Origin: Proteromonas lacertae
Lineage: Eukaryota
Reading direction: 5' to 3'
Length of the DNA stretch: 33,527 nucleotides
Assembly (NCBI GenBank): GCA_002245135.1
Contig: NGBS01000342.1
Location: forward strand, 1 to 33,527
Shown here: piece by piece, positions 21,718-33,019 of the stretch
How the letters are laid out: each line of letters starts with the position of its first letter
How positions within the stretch are numbered: position 1 is the stretch's first letter
Program-made: the position numbers and the translations under genes
Notes under the pieces: generated by a model
What the model was told of the DNA's origin: nothing
Databases searched by the model: none
Seen by the model: the letters and a program-made list of their open reading frames with translations, nothing else

Positions 21718-22032
21718 ATGGTTTTAGGTGGTAGAAGACATAGAAGACATCGAAGAAGACACCAAGGTGGTTCGTTAAAATCATTGTGGGGAAAAGTTAA
21801 ACATTGGGGAAAGAAAGCTTACGATTGGTCTAGAGAACACAAAATAGGTTCAAAGATCGCAAGAGAGTTTGGTAAAGATAATATCGCAGATGCATTAGAA
21901 AAGGTGGGATTCGGTAGACGTAGAAGAAGACATGGAAGAAGAGGAGGAGCTAGAATGCCATTCAATGGAGGCGGTAGTAATCAACAAGCGTTACTAAATG
22001 CATACTTGAAAACAAAAGTTGCACGTATGTAA
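21718..22032 (+). CDS. Arg-rich core protein with amphipathic Trp helix (adenovirus pX/pVI-like character)
   Basis: MVLGG/RRHRRHRRRHQGG/SLKSLWGKVKHWGKKAYDW...GFG/RRRRRHGRRGG/ARM. Confidence 0.75.
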   Translation: MVLGGRRHRRHRRRHQGGSLKSLWGKVKHWGKKAYDWSREHKIGSKIAREFGKDNIADALEKVGFGRRRRRHGRRGGARMPFNGGGSNQQALLNAYLKTKVARM

Positions 22033-22125
22033 TTTACATTAACAAAATGACATAATTACATAAATATTATTATTATTATTAAATTTTGTGTTTTTGGCGG
22101 GCTTTTAAAATTTGCATAGAAATAA

Positions 22126-22350
22126 ATGAGTGAATCAGAATCTAATGATTATTCCAGTGATACAAGTTTAGTCACATCAACTGAGAGTGAGTTAGAAGAC
22201 AAACTTCCTGAAATGAAATCAACTTCAAGAATCGATCCTAGTGAACCAAGTGAAGAGATGATTAAAAAGTTCTTAATGAAGAGCTCACCAAAGAAAGTAT
22301 ATAAGATGCTTACAACTGAGACAGAATGCAGTAGATCAACAACTAGCTAG
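22126..22350 (+). CDS. Small Ser/Glu-rich hypothetical protein
   Basis: Intact ATG ORF in the plus-strand cluster. Confidence 0.55.
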   Translation: MSESESNDYSSDTSLVTSTESELEDKLPEMKSTSRIDPSEPSEEMIKKFLMKSSPKKVYKMLTTETECSRSTTS

Positions 22351-22372
22351 TTCTCTTAGATTAGGTAATAGT

Positions 22373-22564
22373 ATGGCAAATCCAATTGCAAGAAGTTATA
22401 GAGAACTTGATGACCAACACTTATTTGGTTCTGCTATCTATGCTAATTCAAATAGATCTGATTATAATGCTATGGCAAGACAACAAGCTGAAGCAAAAAT
22501 GAAGATGGCGCAAATTATGAGTGATCCTGTTAACCAAATGAAGATGCAGATGCAAATGGTATAA
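22373..22564 (+). CDS. Small Met/Gln-rich hypothetical protein
   Basis: Intact ATG ORF in the plus-strand cluster. Confidence 0.55.
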   Translation: MANPIARSYRELDDQHLFGSAIYANSNRSDYNAMARQQAEAKMKMAQIMSDPVNQMKMQMQMV

Positions 22565-22622
22565 TATTAACATTCTAATATATTATCTTTAGTAGAGAAA
22601 TAAAGCATTAGGACGTAATTTA

Positions 22623-23052
22623 ATGAAACAAAAAATAGATCCTAAAAAAGTTGTTAAAGATGATAAAAAAAAAAGAAGAAGAAGAAGAAGAGCCTGCTTT
22701 ACCTTCAGTTGATGCAGCAGTAACTGATGAAGAAAAAGAACAAGATGAAAAAGTTAAAGATTTATGTAAAAAGAAAAAGACAGTAGGTGAAAATTATAAT
22801 TACTATGTTTATAATTTTGTTTACTCTTTTGCTTATACAGTAAAAGATCCAACAAACTCAATTGATTGGTCTACTATCAAAACAGAAACAATAGAACAAA
22901 AAATAGCAAGAAGAAAGAAGTTAGTTTATTATTTACCAATATTTTCCTCTTTCTACTGTGTATAAAATGCAAATTCTTTTATGGTACAACAAGTAAATCA
23001 ATATATGGATGCTATAGACAGCGAAATGTATGAGAAAGCAATAGCAAAGTAA
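22623..23052 (+). pseudogene. Hypothetical viral protein, disrupted
   Basis: ATG 22623 (MKQKIDPKKVVKDDKKK) slips in an A-run into ORF 22651-22965. After TAA 22963-22965 the frame stays open (NANSFMVQQVNQYMDAIDSEMYEKAIAK) to TAA 23050-23052. Confidence 0.6.
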
Positions 23053-23131
23053 TTATTAATAATAATCATCATAACAACTATAACGGATCTATTTTTAGTT
23101 TTGATATTTTTGTTTGTTTTTTTCTTAAATA

Positions 23132-25372
23132 ATGACTGCTCCAACAAAGCGTAAACATAAAGAAAAAGAGTCAGAGGACTTTGGCAATCCATCCATCTAT
23201 CACAATGCATTAAAAAGAAAGTTGAAGAAAATGATTTATGATAGAGCTTCCTCAAATAAGAAGATTAGGTTAGATTTAAGCCATATGGCTAATCCAACAA
23301 GAGCAGTAGACAATGGAGACGCTACAAGTGAATTAGAGATTTATGATCCTTATAAAAGTCACCTTATCAAAACATTTGGTAGTGACTACGATGTAACATT
23401 CGATGATAATAGTAGTAGTAGTAGTAGTAGTAGTATGAAAGACAAACCAATGAATCCAAACATCAATGCTACCAAGAACAATTACATGACTGATGAAATG
23501 AAGTATAAATTATATATGAGTGGTATTACTGACCAATTCGGTAGGTATTATAAGAATATTGGTCAGTTTAATAAGCCATATTCTAATTACTACGGTGATC
23601 CTACAAACTTAACCAATATTTATCAAAATCCTTTTGGTCCTCCTAATCCATATCAACAACAACAACAAACAGGATTATATCAAGATCTAACTACAGGTCA
23701 ATGGATTACAAATCAGTACAACAATCCATCTCTGTACAATACTCAGTCCTATGTAAACAGTCAGAGATGGAATAATAATGGATTGGATAGTCACTATGAA
23801 TTAAAACAACAAATACAAGTAAAAGATGCTGCTTTAGAAGATGCAAAGAAAACAATTGAAAAAATGACTGAAGAAAAACAAAAGTCTGTATGGAGACATA
23901 TTGATGATCTGTTTAAAGGAAGTACTGCATGGGACTGGTTGAAATGGGGTGTTAAGTTTTGTATGTGTACTATAGTATTAGGTGGTATTGATATAGCATT
24001 TAAATTTGTATTTCCAAATGCTTTAGGTGATTGTTTGAGCAGGTATATTTAATCATGCTGTTAGAACAACTGATTATTGTTCAAAATTTTTTGGTATATC
24101 CAGACAAAGTGTATTTAGTGCTTCATTAGTAGGATCATGGTTACCTAGTACATTTGAATTCATTAAAGCAGGATGGAGTAGCGGTGTGACTGGTTTATTC
24201 AATTTTGCTATGACAAAGTTACAAGACTTTTGGAATTATACAAAGAACTTATTTAGCAATGTCTTTGAATCGCTCAAGAACTTCTGGAACTCCTGGGGCG
24301 CGGCGGGAGCTTCATGTCCTACATATGATATACCTAGAATAGCTCCCCCACCTCCAAGTACTTCAGATGCTACAGGTACATCAAGCGGTGCAGGAAAGAA
24401 GCATGTAAGCTTTGATCTTAAATATGGGGGGAGCTCTGAAGCTAATGCTGTTTATAACGCAAATATGGATGGAACAAATCCACCCACGGCAATCGCCGTG
24501 GGTGGATACGTCCATCCATATTTTCTTCAAGAGTCTTCTCAACAGATGTCAAAGGATAGATAACTTCTATAGGTACATATGGTACAATACTTAGTGCATT
24601 TGGTGCAGTAGCAGGTTTAATGGCTCCTTCAGGATTGTCACAATTCTTAGATAATGATATCATACCAAAGAATGATGTAGTCAACAACACCTACAATGAG
24701 TCAAATTTTCATCCTAAAGGAATCAATTTACCTAATGGATTAACAAATTTTCAAGCTGGAACTATGAATGCAATACAATTAAGTGAGATTATGAGACTCA
24801 TGAACCAGTACGGTTATGGTGGAAGAGGCAAAAAAGTACATTCACGAAGGATACTTTTGACTAACATCAATGGTAAAGGAGCATTATCGAACTTCGACAT
24901 TGAAGAAATTATTCAAAAAGAATTCAATGATTTTGATAAGAAGTTCAAAGGTTGTTTTTGTTGGGATGAATTGATATTACCAATACCTAACAAAATGGAT
25001 CAGTGGGGAATCATTATCAATACACTCACTACTAAAGCAAAACCAGATAGTGTAGGTCATTGGGTTGCTTTAGTAGTAGACAATGATAAGAAGATGTTCA
25101 TGTACTATGATTCTTTCGGTGAGGATCCTCAGAAACTAGAATATTTCAAAGAATGTTTAAAGAAGTTCAAGAAATTTCATGAAAAACCATATCAGTTAAA
25201 AATCAATGCAGTTCAGAACCAGAATAGTAATACAAATTGTGGTTTTTTCGCAATCAATTTTTTGAACGATATATTAAATAGAAAAAGAATATTCAAGCAG
25301 GCTACAGATTTTAATACAGTGGTAGGTGAGAAAAGAGTAGCGATGATGAAAAAAGAGTTTGGAATAGTATAA
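23132..25372 (+). pseudogene. Large multidomain protein (~746 codons) ending in the adenain-like maturation protease; two frameshifts
   Basis: ORFs 23132-24052, 24186-24563 (open from 24039) and 24620-25372 (open from ~24560) overlap or abut and join by single-base shifts near 24038 and 24560. Confidence 0.7.
24620..25372 (+). CDS. Adenain/Ulp1-like (clan CE) virion maturation cysteine protease domain
   Basis: IIINT...GHWVAL...YYDSFG...VQNQNSNTNCGFFAINFL. Confidence 0.92.
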   Translation: MAPSGLSQFLDNDIIPKNDVVNNTYNESNFHPKGINLPNGLTNFQAGTMNAIQLSEIMRLMNQYGYGGRGKKVHSRRILLTNINGKGALSNFDIEEIIQKEFNDFDKKFKGCFCWDELILPIPNKMDQWGIIINTLTTKAKPDSVGHWVALVVDNDKKMFMYYDSFGEDPQKLEYFKECLKKFKKFHEKPYQLKINAVQNQNSNTNCGFFAINFLNDILNRKRIFKQATDFNTVVGEKRVAMMKKEFGIV

Positions 25373-25392
25373 AATTAATTAATTATTATTAT

Positions 25393-25830
25393 CTAATCTT
25401 TATGGGGTTTTAAAATATTATTTAGTATAGGCATTACCTCTTCTATTGCTTTATCTAACTCTTCTTTAAGACACTGTGTAGCTAATCTCTTTCTCTTTAA
25501 ACGATTCATCAATTCAAGCACTTGTTCATCCAAACCTAAATTATATGCTTCATTGAGCTTCTTACAAGTTACTATTATATTCCTTGCTTTCTTTAATGAG
25601 TTTTGGTACTCCAAACTACCATCATCTTTGTGATTGATATATGTGCTGCATAATTCGAACCACATGTCAAATGCTGCTTCCGCATTTTCTTTTAACATCA
25701 TTTCCATTGTTATTTGATACCTATATAAACGAAAAATAAAAGAAATATCGAATTTATTCGTTTCGCGATCTTTGGCATTTTCGTTACATTTCATTTTTTT
25801 TAAGAATTCATGAAGTATTGTTTTAGTCAT
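25393..25830 (-). CDS. Hypothetical alpha-helical viral protein
   Basis: Intact ORF convergent with the protease at a TAATTA junction; first ATG at 25830. Confidence 0.65.
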   Translation of the reverse strand: MTKTILHEFLKKMKCNENAKDRETNKFDISFIFRLYRYQITMEMMLKENAEAAFDMWFELCSTYINHKDDGSLEYQNSLKKARNIIVTCKKLNEAYNLGLDEQVLELMNRLKRKRLATQCLKEELDKAIEEVMPILNNILKPHKD

Positions 25831-26220
25831 GGTGACCAAACTATTTTTGGATTCTAGAAGTATAGTGACGAGTGTAGATGGAAGATATATATTCCAAAAG
25901 AAGCTAAAGATATAATATGGTTCTCATCATCAAATATCAAAGCACCTTTGGTAATAAATTATGGCCAGGCTGTAGAAGATAGATATTGTGCTGGCTGCCC
26001 TACAATTTCACCTATTCCCAACCATGGATTTTACGAGATCTTCATTCTATCAAGATACAAACCAATTATTGTATCTACAATTGATAAGGAGTTTTTAATA
26101 CACAATGTGTTGTATCTTGCAAGAGGTCAAACAAAAACAGAGAAGAATCAAAAAGTAATTAATGCAAAGACAATTGTTGCTCCACCCAGAAAACAAGTTA
26201 ATAGCTATGATGTTGCTTGA
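25829..26220 (+). pseudogene. Small beta-rich protein, frameshifted near 5' end
   Basis: MVTKLFLDSR joins YSDECRWKIYIPKEAKDIIWFSSSNIKAPLVINYGQ... by a 1-nt shift near 25858. Confidence 0.5.
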
Positions 26221-26251
26221 TTGTTAGAACAGCTTAAAATTAATTAATTAA

Positions 26252-27479
26252 TTACACAATTGTATTATCACCTTTTCTGATTCGAGGTCTTTCCAAAATA
26301 TGTCTGAAATTTGTTTCAGGATCCCTTCTAGCTACTAATTGAAGTTCATAGTGCTTAAACCTATATCGAGACACATCTTCATCCCAATTTCCATTTGTAT
26401 CTCCTAACATATAAGAGTATCTGTTCTTCTTTATAATACGATATATCTTATCTGACCAATAAGTGTTTTTATCCATAGGTCTTCTTCTCTCTTTAAATCG
26501 AACTAAATCTCCTACTTGAAAATGAACTTTTAATCTTTTGTTCATTATTAAAATTGTATTTGATTGATTCCATTAACATTCTGTTTTGTAGTTTAGGACT
26601 ATTGTATACTTCATTAGGTGTAAAATCTCTCAAACTTGATAATGGTTTGTTGTTATAGTCATTCACAGCTTGTTGTACAATATCATTGAAACGTGCTAAC
26701 CACTTTTGATCGATGATTTCTCTTCTGTCCCGTCGATCAATATTAGCTTGAAACTCTGGTCCTTTTATTCCTAAGTCTATCAAGTGTTTATATAATAGTT
26801 TCTTTATTACACTAACAGATTTATCTAATATAGCTTCTATTCTATGTTCATTAGGTGCTTTTTGATAGAATGTTATTCCTTCCTTATCACAGAACTCTTT
26901 AACTACACTAAAACCACTTTCTAAATCAGCTAAAATACTTGCAACACGTCTTTTTGATACTATTTCAGAACCATCTTCATTTGTTTTAAAATACCATGCA
27001 TTAAAAGCTCTCATTATATCTTCAGCTTTATTGCTTGACATTGGTATCACCCATACTTTTCTAGAGTTTATTTCTATTATATATAAATGATATAATTGAG
27101 GTAAGAAAAAGACAATATCTAATTGAAAATAGCCTGGTTTCTTAACAGTTGCAAAAGGTAAATCTTTATTGTATTTGAAATCAACTACTTGACGACCTGG
27201 TTTACGTCTAAGATACTCTCTAACAACATCATAAGGAGGTGGAACTTCATTCTTTCCAATAGCTTCTTGAGTTAATTTAATAAACTGTTTTTCACTTAAA
27301 TAATAATACTATTCATAAAGTCTATCTAAATTCTGTAATGGCGGTGGTGCATTGTTAAAATTGCTCGTAAGGTTTGATTGATTTGTTTGATTAACAAACT
27401 TATATCCTGGTGGTAGTTCTTGAGTTGCATTTGTATTTGACTTAGTGTAAGGCTGATTATAATAAGAATTAGTAAGCAT
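26252..27479 (-). pseudogene. Retroviral-like (rve) integrase of Polinton type
   Basis: From ATG 27479, with one TAG at 27309-27311: PGYFQLDIVF, YIIEINSRKVWVIP, ILADLESGF, EAILDKSVSVIKK, YNNKPLSSLRDFTPNEV. A frameshift near 26545 leads into the C-terminal FQVGDLVR...WSDKIYRI...YELQLV domain. Confidence 0.9.
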
Positions 27480-27538
27480 AAGAAGAAAAACACAAAAGTA
27501 AAAGCATACACAAATATATTGAATATATCCATTTTATT

Positions 27539-27570
27539 CTAATTAATGCTATTTTCATCAATATTAATAA

Positions 27571-27603
<33 letters not shown>

Positions 27604-30600
27604 CGACAATATCTGTAAACATTGGTGGTGGTGGGCGACTTATAGTATAAGGAATTGAAGTTAAAACATTCAAGTAAAATCTCTTTATATCAAAGATTGT
27701 AAAAGCTAACTTTGGTTGTTTAACTGTGTATACTACTTGTTTTGCACTTCTAAAACTGTATTGATTAACATAAACTTTACTTAGTTCTTTACTTTCTAAG
27801 ATATTCTTGTAGTAATCATAGTCACAAGTCTTTATTCTGAAACCTTTAGTTACGCCTTTTGCTCTGCTATCAGACACCTTTAAGTGCGTAAATCCATCCA
27901 CTCTTTGTTTCTCATAAGCATACATCTTTGCTTTCAATCCACAGAATTTAGTTATTGTATATAATTGATCACTTTTGTTCTCTTCCATTTTAAGTAAGTT
28001 CAGTTCACCTGTTCTTTGATAGTTCTGATAACGAATACCTCTATATTTAAGATAATCACAATTAATATTACCAGTATCCATGCAACTTTGTAGACTTAAA
28101 TCATTAGCAATATCTTTGTATATATCATCTGTCCATACCATAAAGATAAAAGAGTCTGTATCTGTCATTAATAAACGCAATCCTTGTTTATACTTTTGAT
28201 ATAGCTGTCCATACCAAAACTTTGCCATAAGATACTTTGATTGGCAAAGAATGGACATTCCAATATAGCTTGGCTTATCTATTGTACACTTGTATTTTTT
28301 AAACTTACACACTCTCAAGTCACAACCATCAATTGAAACAAAACCAGTAAAGTATGGATTGCTAACACATTTGAGGAATTGGTCCTCATTATTAACTAGT
28401 CTACTTCTACATCTATTCTCAGTATTCTCACATGTCTTACCATATGCACTATTCAGGATTAGTTTAAACGTATCAGCTTCTGCATCTCGATGGAACTTCT
28501 TTGCATCTTTTCTTAATAGATGGCATTGCATAACAAATTCATACGCATAATCTGTTTCACAAAAACTAATTACTCTCCATACTTTGGTTACTTTATATCC
28601 TAACTTCACAGCATAGTTTAGATATTGATAATGAACAACATAATGATACTTGTTGGATAAATCACATATTATTCTTGCTGTATTATTCTTCAATACTTCT
28701 TTGCCAGACTTTTTGTTGACAGCTACTAATCCTAATTCTCTGGCTCATTGCTTCTGTGTTGGTGACAAATCTTCATATAATATTATCTTTCTTTCAGGAA
28801 ATAAAGGATACTCTGAAAACTTGCCATTTGTATTATCTGGAGGTTCTATATCAACTTCTAATATATAACCTCTGCTCTCTGGATCCTTCCACAGCTTCTG
28901 ATCTTCTACCATAAATAATCTTTTTAAATCCTCATAAGGTTTTAATTTTGTTATAACATTATCATAAATTAATTAAGGATTTGGTTCCCATTGAAAGTCT
29001 TTATAGGGTAATTTCATTGATGCCATTGTAGAAGGATATAGAGAATTATAATCTACATACATAATATATGTTTCTTGTTTTGGTGGATGAGAAGTATGAT
29101 CTGAAAAGTATGGAGGATCCATGTAATGATTTTTAGCTTCTGCTTTTCTCGTAGATCCAATCATTGAAATTCCACCAATAAGACCTTTTCTCATAAAGTC
29201 ATACTTGTCTTGATCTGATATTAGTTCAATATCCACTTTGGATTTTTTAAGGAATATACTCCAGGCTAAACCAGGACATGATACATGCCAGCATGGATCT
29301 AATGTAAATGTTCTAAATACAACATTCCTAAAGTGATCGAATACACTAGATAATGTAAGAACATCAATTGCTAAATAGAACATATTGTAATCCATCAAGT
29401 TTTTACATTTCAATAGAGTTCAGAGAGCTTGAGATGATTCATAATCATAATCAGATATACCTTCATTCTGTTTTAATTGAGACTTAAAATCTTCTTTTCT
29501 AGGTAATTTATCAGTAAGGTATAACTTTTGAATACTATCTACGTATTCGTAGGGGAAATGACCTTTCTGTAAACCCCACTTAGCTATAAAATCATCTACT
29601 GTCCAGTTTCTCTTTTTTAAACAATCATTTATCTCTTTTGTTTGTGTTACATATTGATAAACTGGTTTAAAGAGTACTTTATGATTAGCATGTGCATCAG
29701 CTTCGACTTTCAATGACTTAACTAATGAATCTAATGATGCTGGCATAAATTGACAACTAACTATAAAGTGTAACTTCATGAACTTGATAAGTAAAAACTT
29801 ATTATCAGTTTTTAACAATACAGATAGTTTTGAATGATATTTCTTCTTTCTTGGTGTTGGTTGTTGTTGTTGTTGTTGTTGTTGTTGTTGAATTAGGTTG
29901 TGAAACAATAATATTACCCATCTCTTCTTCTAATCCAATATCTTCTGCTGTTCTTGGTGATATGTAATGATCTCTACTATGTAACATATAATACAACTCA
30001 TTAAATGCTTCTTCATTTGCTGGATCATTTTCATCAACTATTTCAATTGTATTAATTGGTATTTCTGGTAATGGTAAATCAGAATCAGTATCTTCTTCTG
30101 TTTCTGCATCTTCTTCATCATTATCAACATCAACTGTTTTTGCTTCTTGTTTCTTTTCTTCTTCAATACCTCTATTGTATTCAGCTAATCTATCAGCAAT
30201 TGGTTCAGGTTCAGGTTCAGGTTCATGTATTGGTAATTGTATAATTTCATTATCTTCATCATCATCATCATTATCATTTGGAATAGGAATATTATTATCA
30301 TTGTACCATTTTGCTTCCATTTCTTTATCCAACTTTGATAATCCACGTATTATAAAGTTATTGTCATAGTTTTTATTGTTGTGTGCCAAACATGGTATAG
30401 GCATATATTGTAAACTACAATGCCAATTACAGTTTGAACATAAGGTTGCAATATACTTGCCAGTAAAATGGTCATGGTGCCTTGTACGCCTTCTATTTCT
30501 GTCGTTTTCATTGAAGGGTGTATTGCACCACATACATTTATCGATATTTTTATGAGCTGGAATATAAGTGCTTTCATCTAATGGTTTCAATTCACCACTT

Positions 30601-32367
30601 TTATAATCTTCATACTTCTTCAATACATAATCTTGAATCTCAACAAACTTCTTTACTAGTTGCATCTCCAAATCTTGTGGATCTTGCTGCAATTCCAGTT
30701 TTCCGAAGAATGTTTCTTCGCTGATGATTTCAGGGTACCTGGAACTTAAGTGAATGCACCAATTGCTGAGAATATGTTTTTTAAACGCTCCTTTGGCTCC
30801 AGGTATTACTTCAGAAGGATCTATTGGTACTTGTATAACTTCTGTATCCCAGTATAATACTACAGGAATCATTTGTTGGTATTTGAAATTATGAAACTTG
30901 ATGAAAGTATCTGGAGGTGGAAATTGACGAATGATTCCTTTTTGTAATTGACAATTCTCTTTCTGATGTTGAATTATCATATCAGCTGTTGATAAAGTAC
31001 AGAAACAATACTGGCATCTTGAATAATAATTATGACACCTTTTACCAAAAGGTGATAGGAAGGCTTCTAACTTTGTTATTACCATATAATGATCTTTATA
31101 TATCAATAGGTTCATTCTGGTCTATTGCAAATATATTGATAGTAATATGATTCAGCTGTTCAAACTCATCAATTCTGTCACTATCATTAATTGCATCTAC
31201 TGGAAACCTTAAACTACTTACATCCATTAAATCTACATACTGTTTATATTTCATTGCTCTGTTACGGTGGTCTTTGAACTCTATATAGTGTAAACCAGCT
31301 GCCACGCTAAATAAAAAGCACATATTCTTACATTCTTCACTATATCTTACTAAATTAATAACGCACTTTTCATCAGTATCATCTCTACCTTCTTAATATA
31401 TCTGAACTTTAATTCAGATCTTTCAGTGTTGAAAATTGAACCTAAATCTCTAATCATGGCATTGTTTAACTTTGAACCAATTGTACCTAACTCTTGAGAA
31501 GTTATAATTTCTGGCGCTGTTTCGAATGTTTTGTAACAACTTACTTGTGCATTGGCTGGTTCATCGGATCCTATATAACCTACTCTGAATCTGAAATACA
31601 CTTTTATATAAGAAAATTTCTTCTCATTTATGTAGTTACGTATGGTAACCATAAAATCACTTGATGCATTGCAGATTTGGGTAAACAAATCCTCAGGTTT
31701 CTTTCCATCTTCTTCATTTATAATCTTCTCGTAGGTACGTTCGTAGTCTCTACTACTTCTCTCTACAAGTTGTAACAAACTTACTCTTTCAGGATGTGAC
31801 ATTGTTTTCAACTGATCTGGATGATTATCAACAACATCCAGAGCAATCATTTCTTCCTGTAGCTGCCTTCTTCTTTCAACATCTGTAGTTGATTGAGGAT
31901 GTATTTCAGGAATTGGTCCATCATTAATTGGTGAAAGTGTTGGTGGATCTTCAGGAGGAGGTGTATCTGGTAATAAATCATCTGGGATTTCTGATAATCG
32001 TTGTATTTTTGGAGGTGGAGGAGGTGGTTGATCAATTACAATTGAAGATGTTGTTCTTCTTCTTGGTGTTATGAAACTAGTTTCATTAGTACTTCTAGTA
32101 GTGTTTGATTGTTGTTGTTGTTGCTGCTGCTGCTGCTGAGGTTGTTGTGGATGTTGATTTAATGATCCTACATAATATGGTGGAGGATAGTAATAGGATG
32201 GTGGTGGTGGGATAGCTGGAGTAAAATAAGGGTTCATCCAGGGATTAAAATAACTTTGTGGCAACATTGGAATCTGATTTGCTTGACTATTGCCTTGAAT
32301 AGGCATAGAAGTACTTGGAGACTTGGTAATACCACGGATTAAACCAAGGAGGATAGCTGGGATACAT
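27539..32367 (-). pseudogene. polB: Protein-primed family B DNA polymerase with endonuclease VII-like (HNH) insert
   Basis: Exo I YWDTE, CMWC...RHHDHFTGKYIATLCSNCN, Exo II AHNNKNYD, KGHFPYEY, Exo III YLAIDVLTL, motif A YVDYNSLYP, motif B KLILNSAYGK, motif C TDTDS and KAKMY. Broken by frameshifts (~32322, ~31360, ~31110, ~29905) and in-frame stops (29420, 28973, ~28746). Confidence 0.95.
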
Positions 32368-32562
32368 TAGAACCTATAAAACGAGAAAGATATAAATATA
32401 CCCAATAAAATAACTCCAAATGTATTAATATGATTTGCTAATTGAAATTCCTTGATAATCAAGGAGTTGTAATAATATAGTTAAATTTTTTTCTTTGATT
32501 ATCAAAGAAATAATTAACTTTACTTTTAATTTATTGTTTTTTTGATTTTTTGCTATATTAAA

Positions 32563-32937
32563 ATGGGTCATTTTGTTTATCAGAGAGATATAACAATGGT
32601 TCAAGAAGAAATACCATTTTGGATCAAAGTTTTTAATAGCATTAGAGAATTAGCATTAAATGGATATACAGAAATTCATTTCTTACATTATTTAGAAGAG
32701 AGTATAGCTAATCTAGCAAAGTTAAAAGCTATACTAGACAAAGATAAGCATTATTATAGTAATCAGTATGCAACGAAAAAAAGATTGGAAATTATCACAT
32801 ATTTAGATAATATTAGAAAAGATGGTAATAGATTTAGGAAAGAATTAATTGATAATAATCAATTATTTATTGATAACAAATTAGATTACGAAGTTAATGG
32901 ATTACTATCTTTATTATGTGATGCTTTACGCAGCTAA
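32563..32937 (+). CDS. Hypothetical alpha-helical protein, last gene before the telomere
   Basis: Intact ORF from ATG 32563, divergent from polB. Confidence 0.65.
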   Translation: MGHFVYQRDITMVQEEIPFWIKVFNSIRELALNGYTEIHFLHYLEESIANLAKLKAILDKDKHYYSNQYATKKRLEIITYLDNIRKDGNRFRKELIDNNQLFIDNKLDYEVNGLLSLLCDALRS

Positions 32938-32960
32938 TTGATTGATTATATAATAATTGA

Positions 32961-32978
32961 TTAGGGTTAGGGTTAGGG

Positions 32979-33019
<41 letters not shown>

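Larger units (their letters stand above)
13370..32960. mobile_element. Polinton/Maverick-type endogenous virus (integrase + pPolB + capsid module), decaying, both termini missing
   Basis: Minor capsid, major capsid, A32-like ATPase, adenain-like protease, rve integrase and protein-primed PolB occur together in a compact, apparently intronless ~19.6 kb block. The left boundary is approximate. Confidence 0.93.

Noticed and set aside
22090..22106. tttttggcgggctttt, an E2F-like site upstream of a small ORF
   Set aside because: Single occurrence and not clearly repeated at other gene starts.
27326..27532. Small hydrophobic ORF between integrase and polB
   Set aside because: It overlaps the reconstructed integrase N-terminus in another frame, and its hydrophobicity comes from a T-rich upstream tract.
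13983..32367. Alternative genetic code or stop read-through to explain the in-frame stops
   Set aside because: All three stop codons occur internally, alongside frameshifts and a transposon insertion, and the same codons end intact genes. Decay is the simpler explanation.
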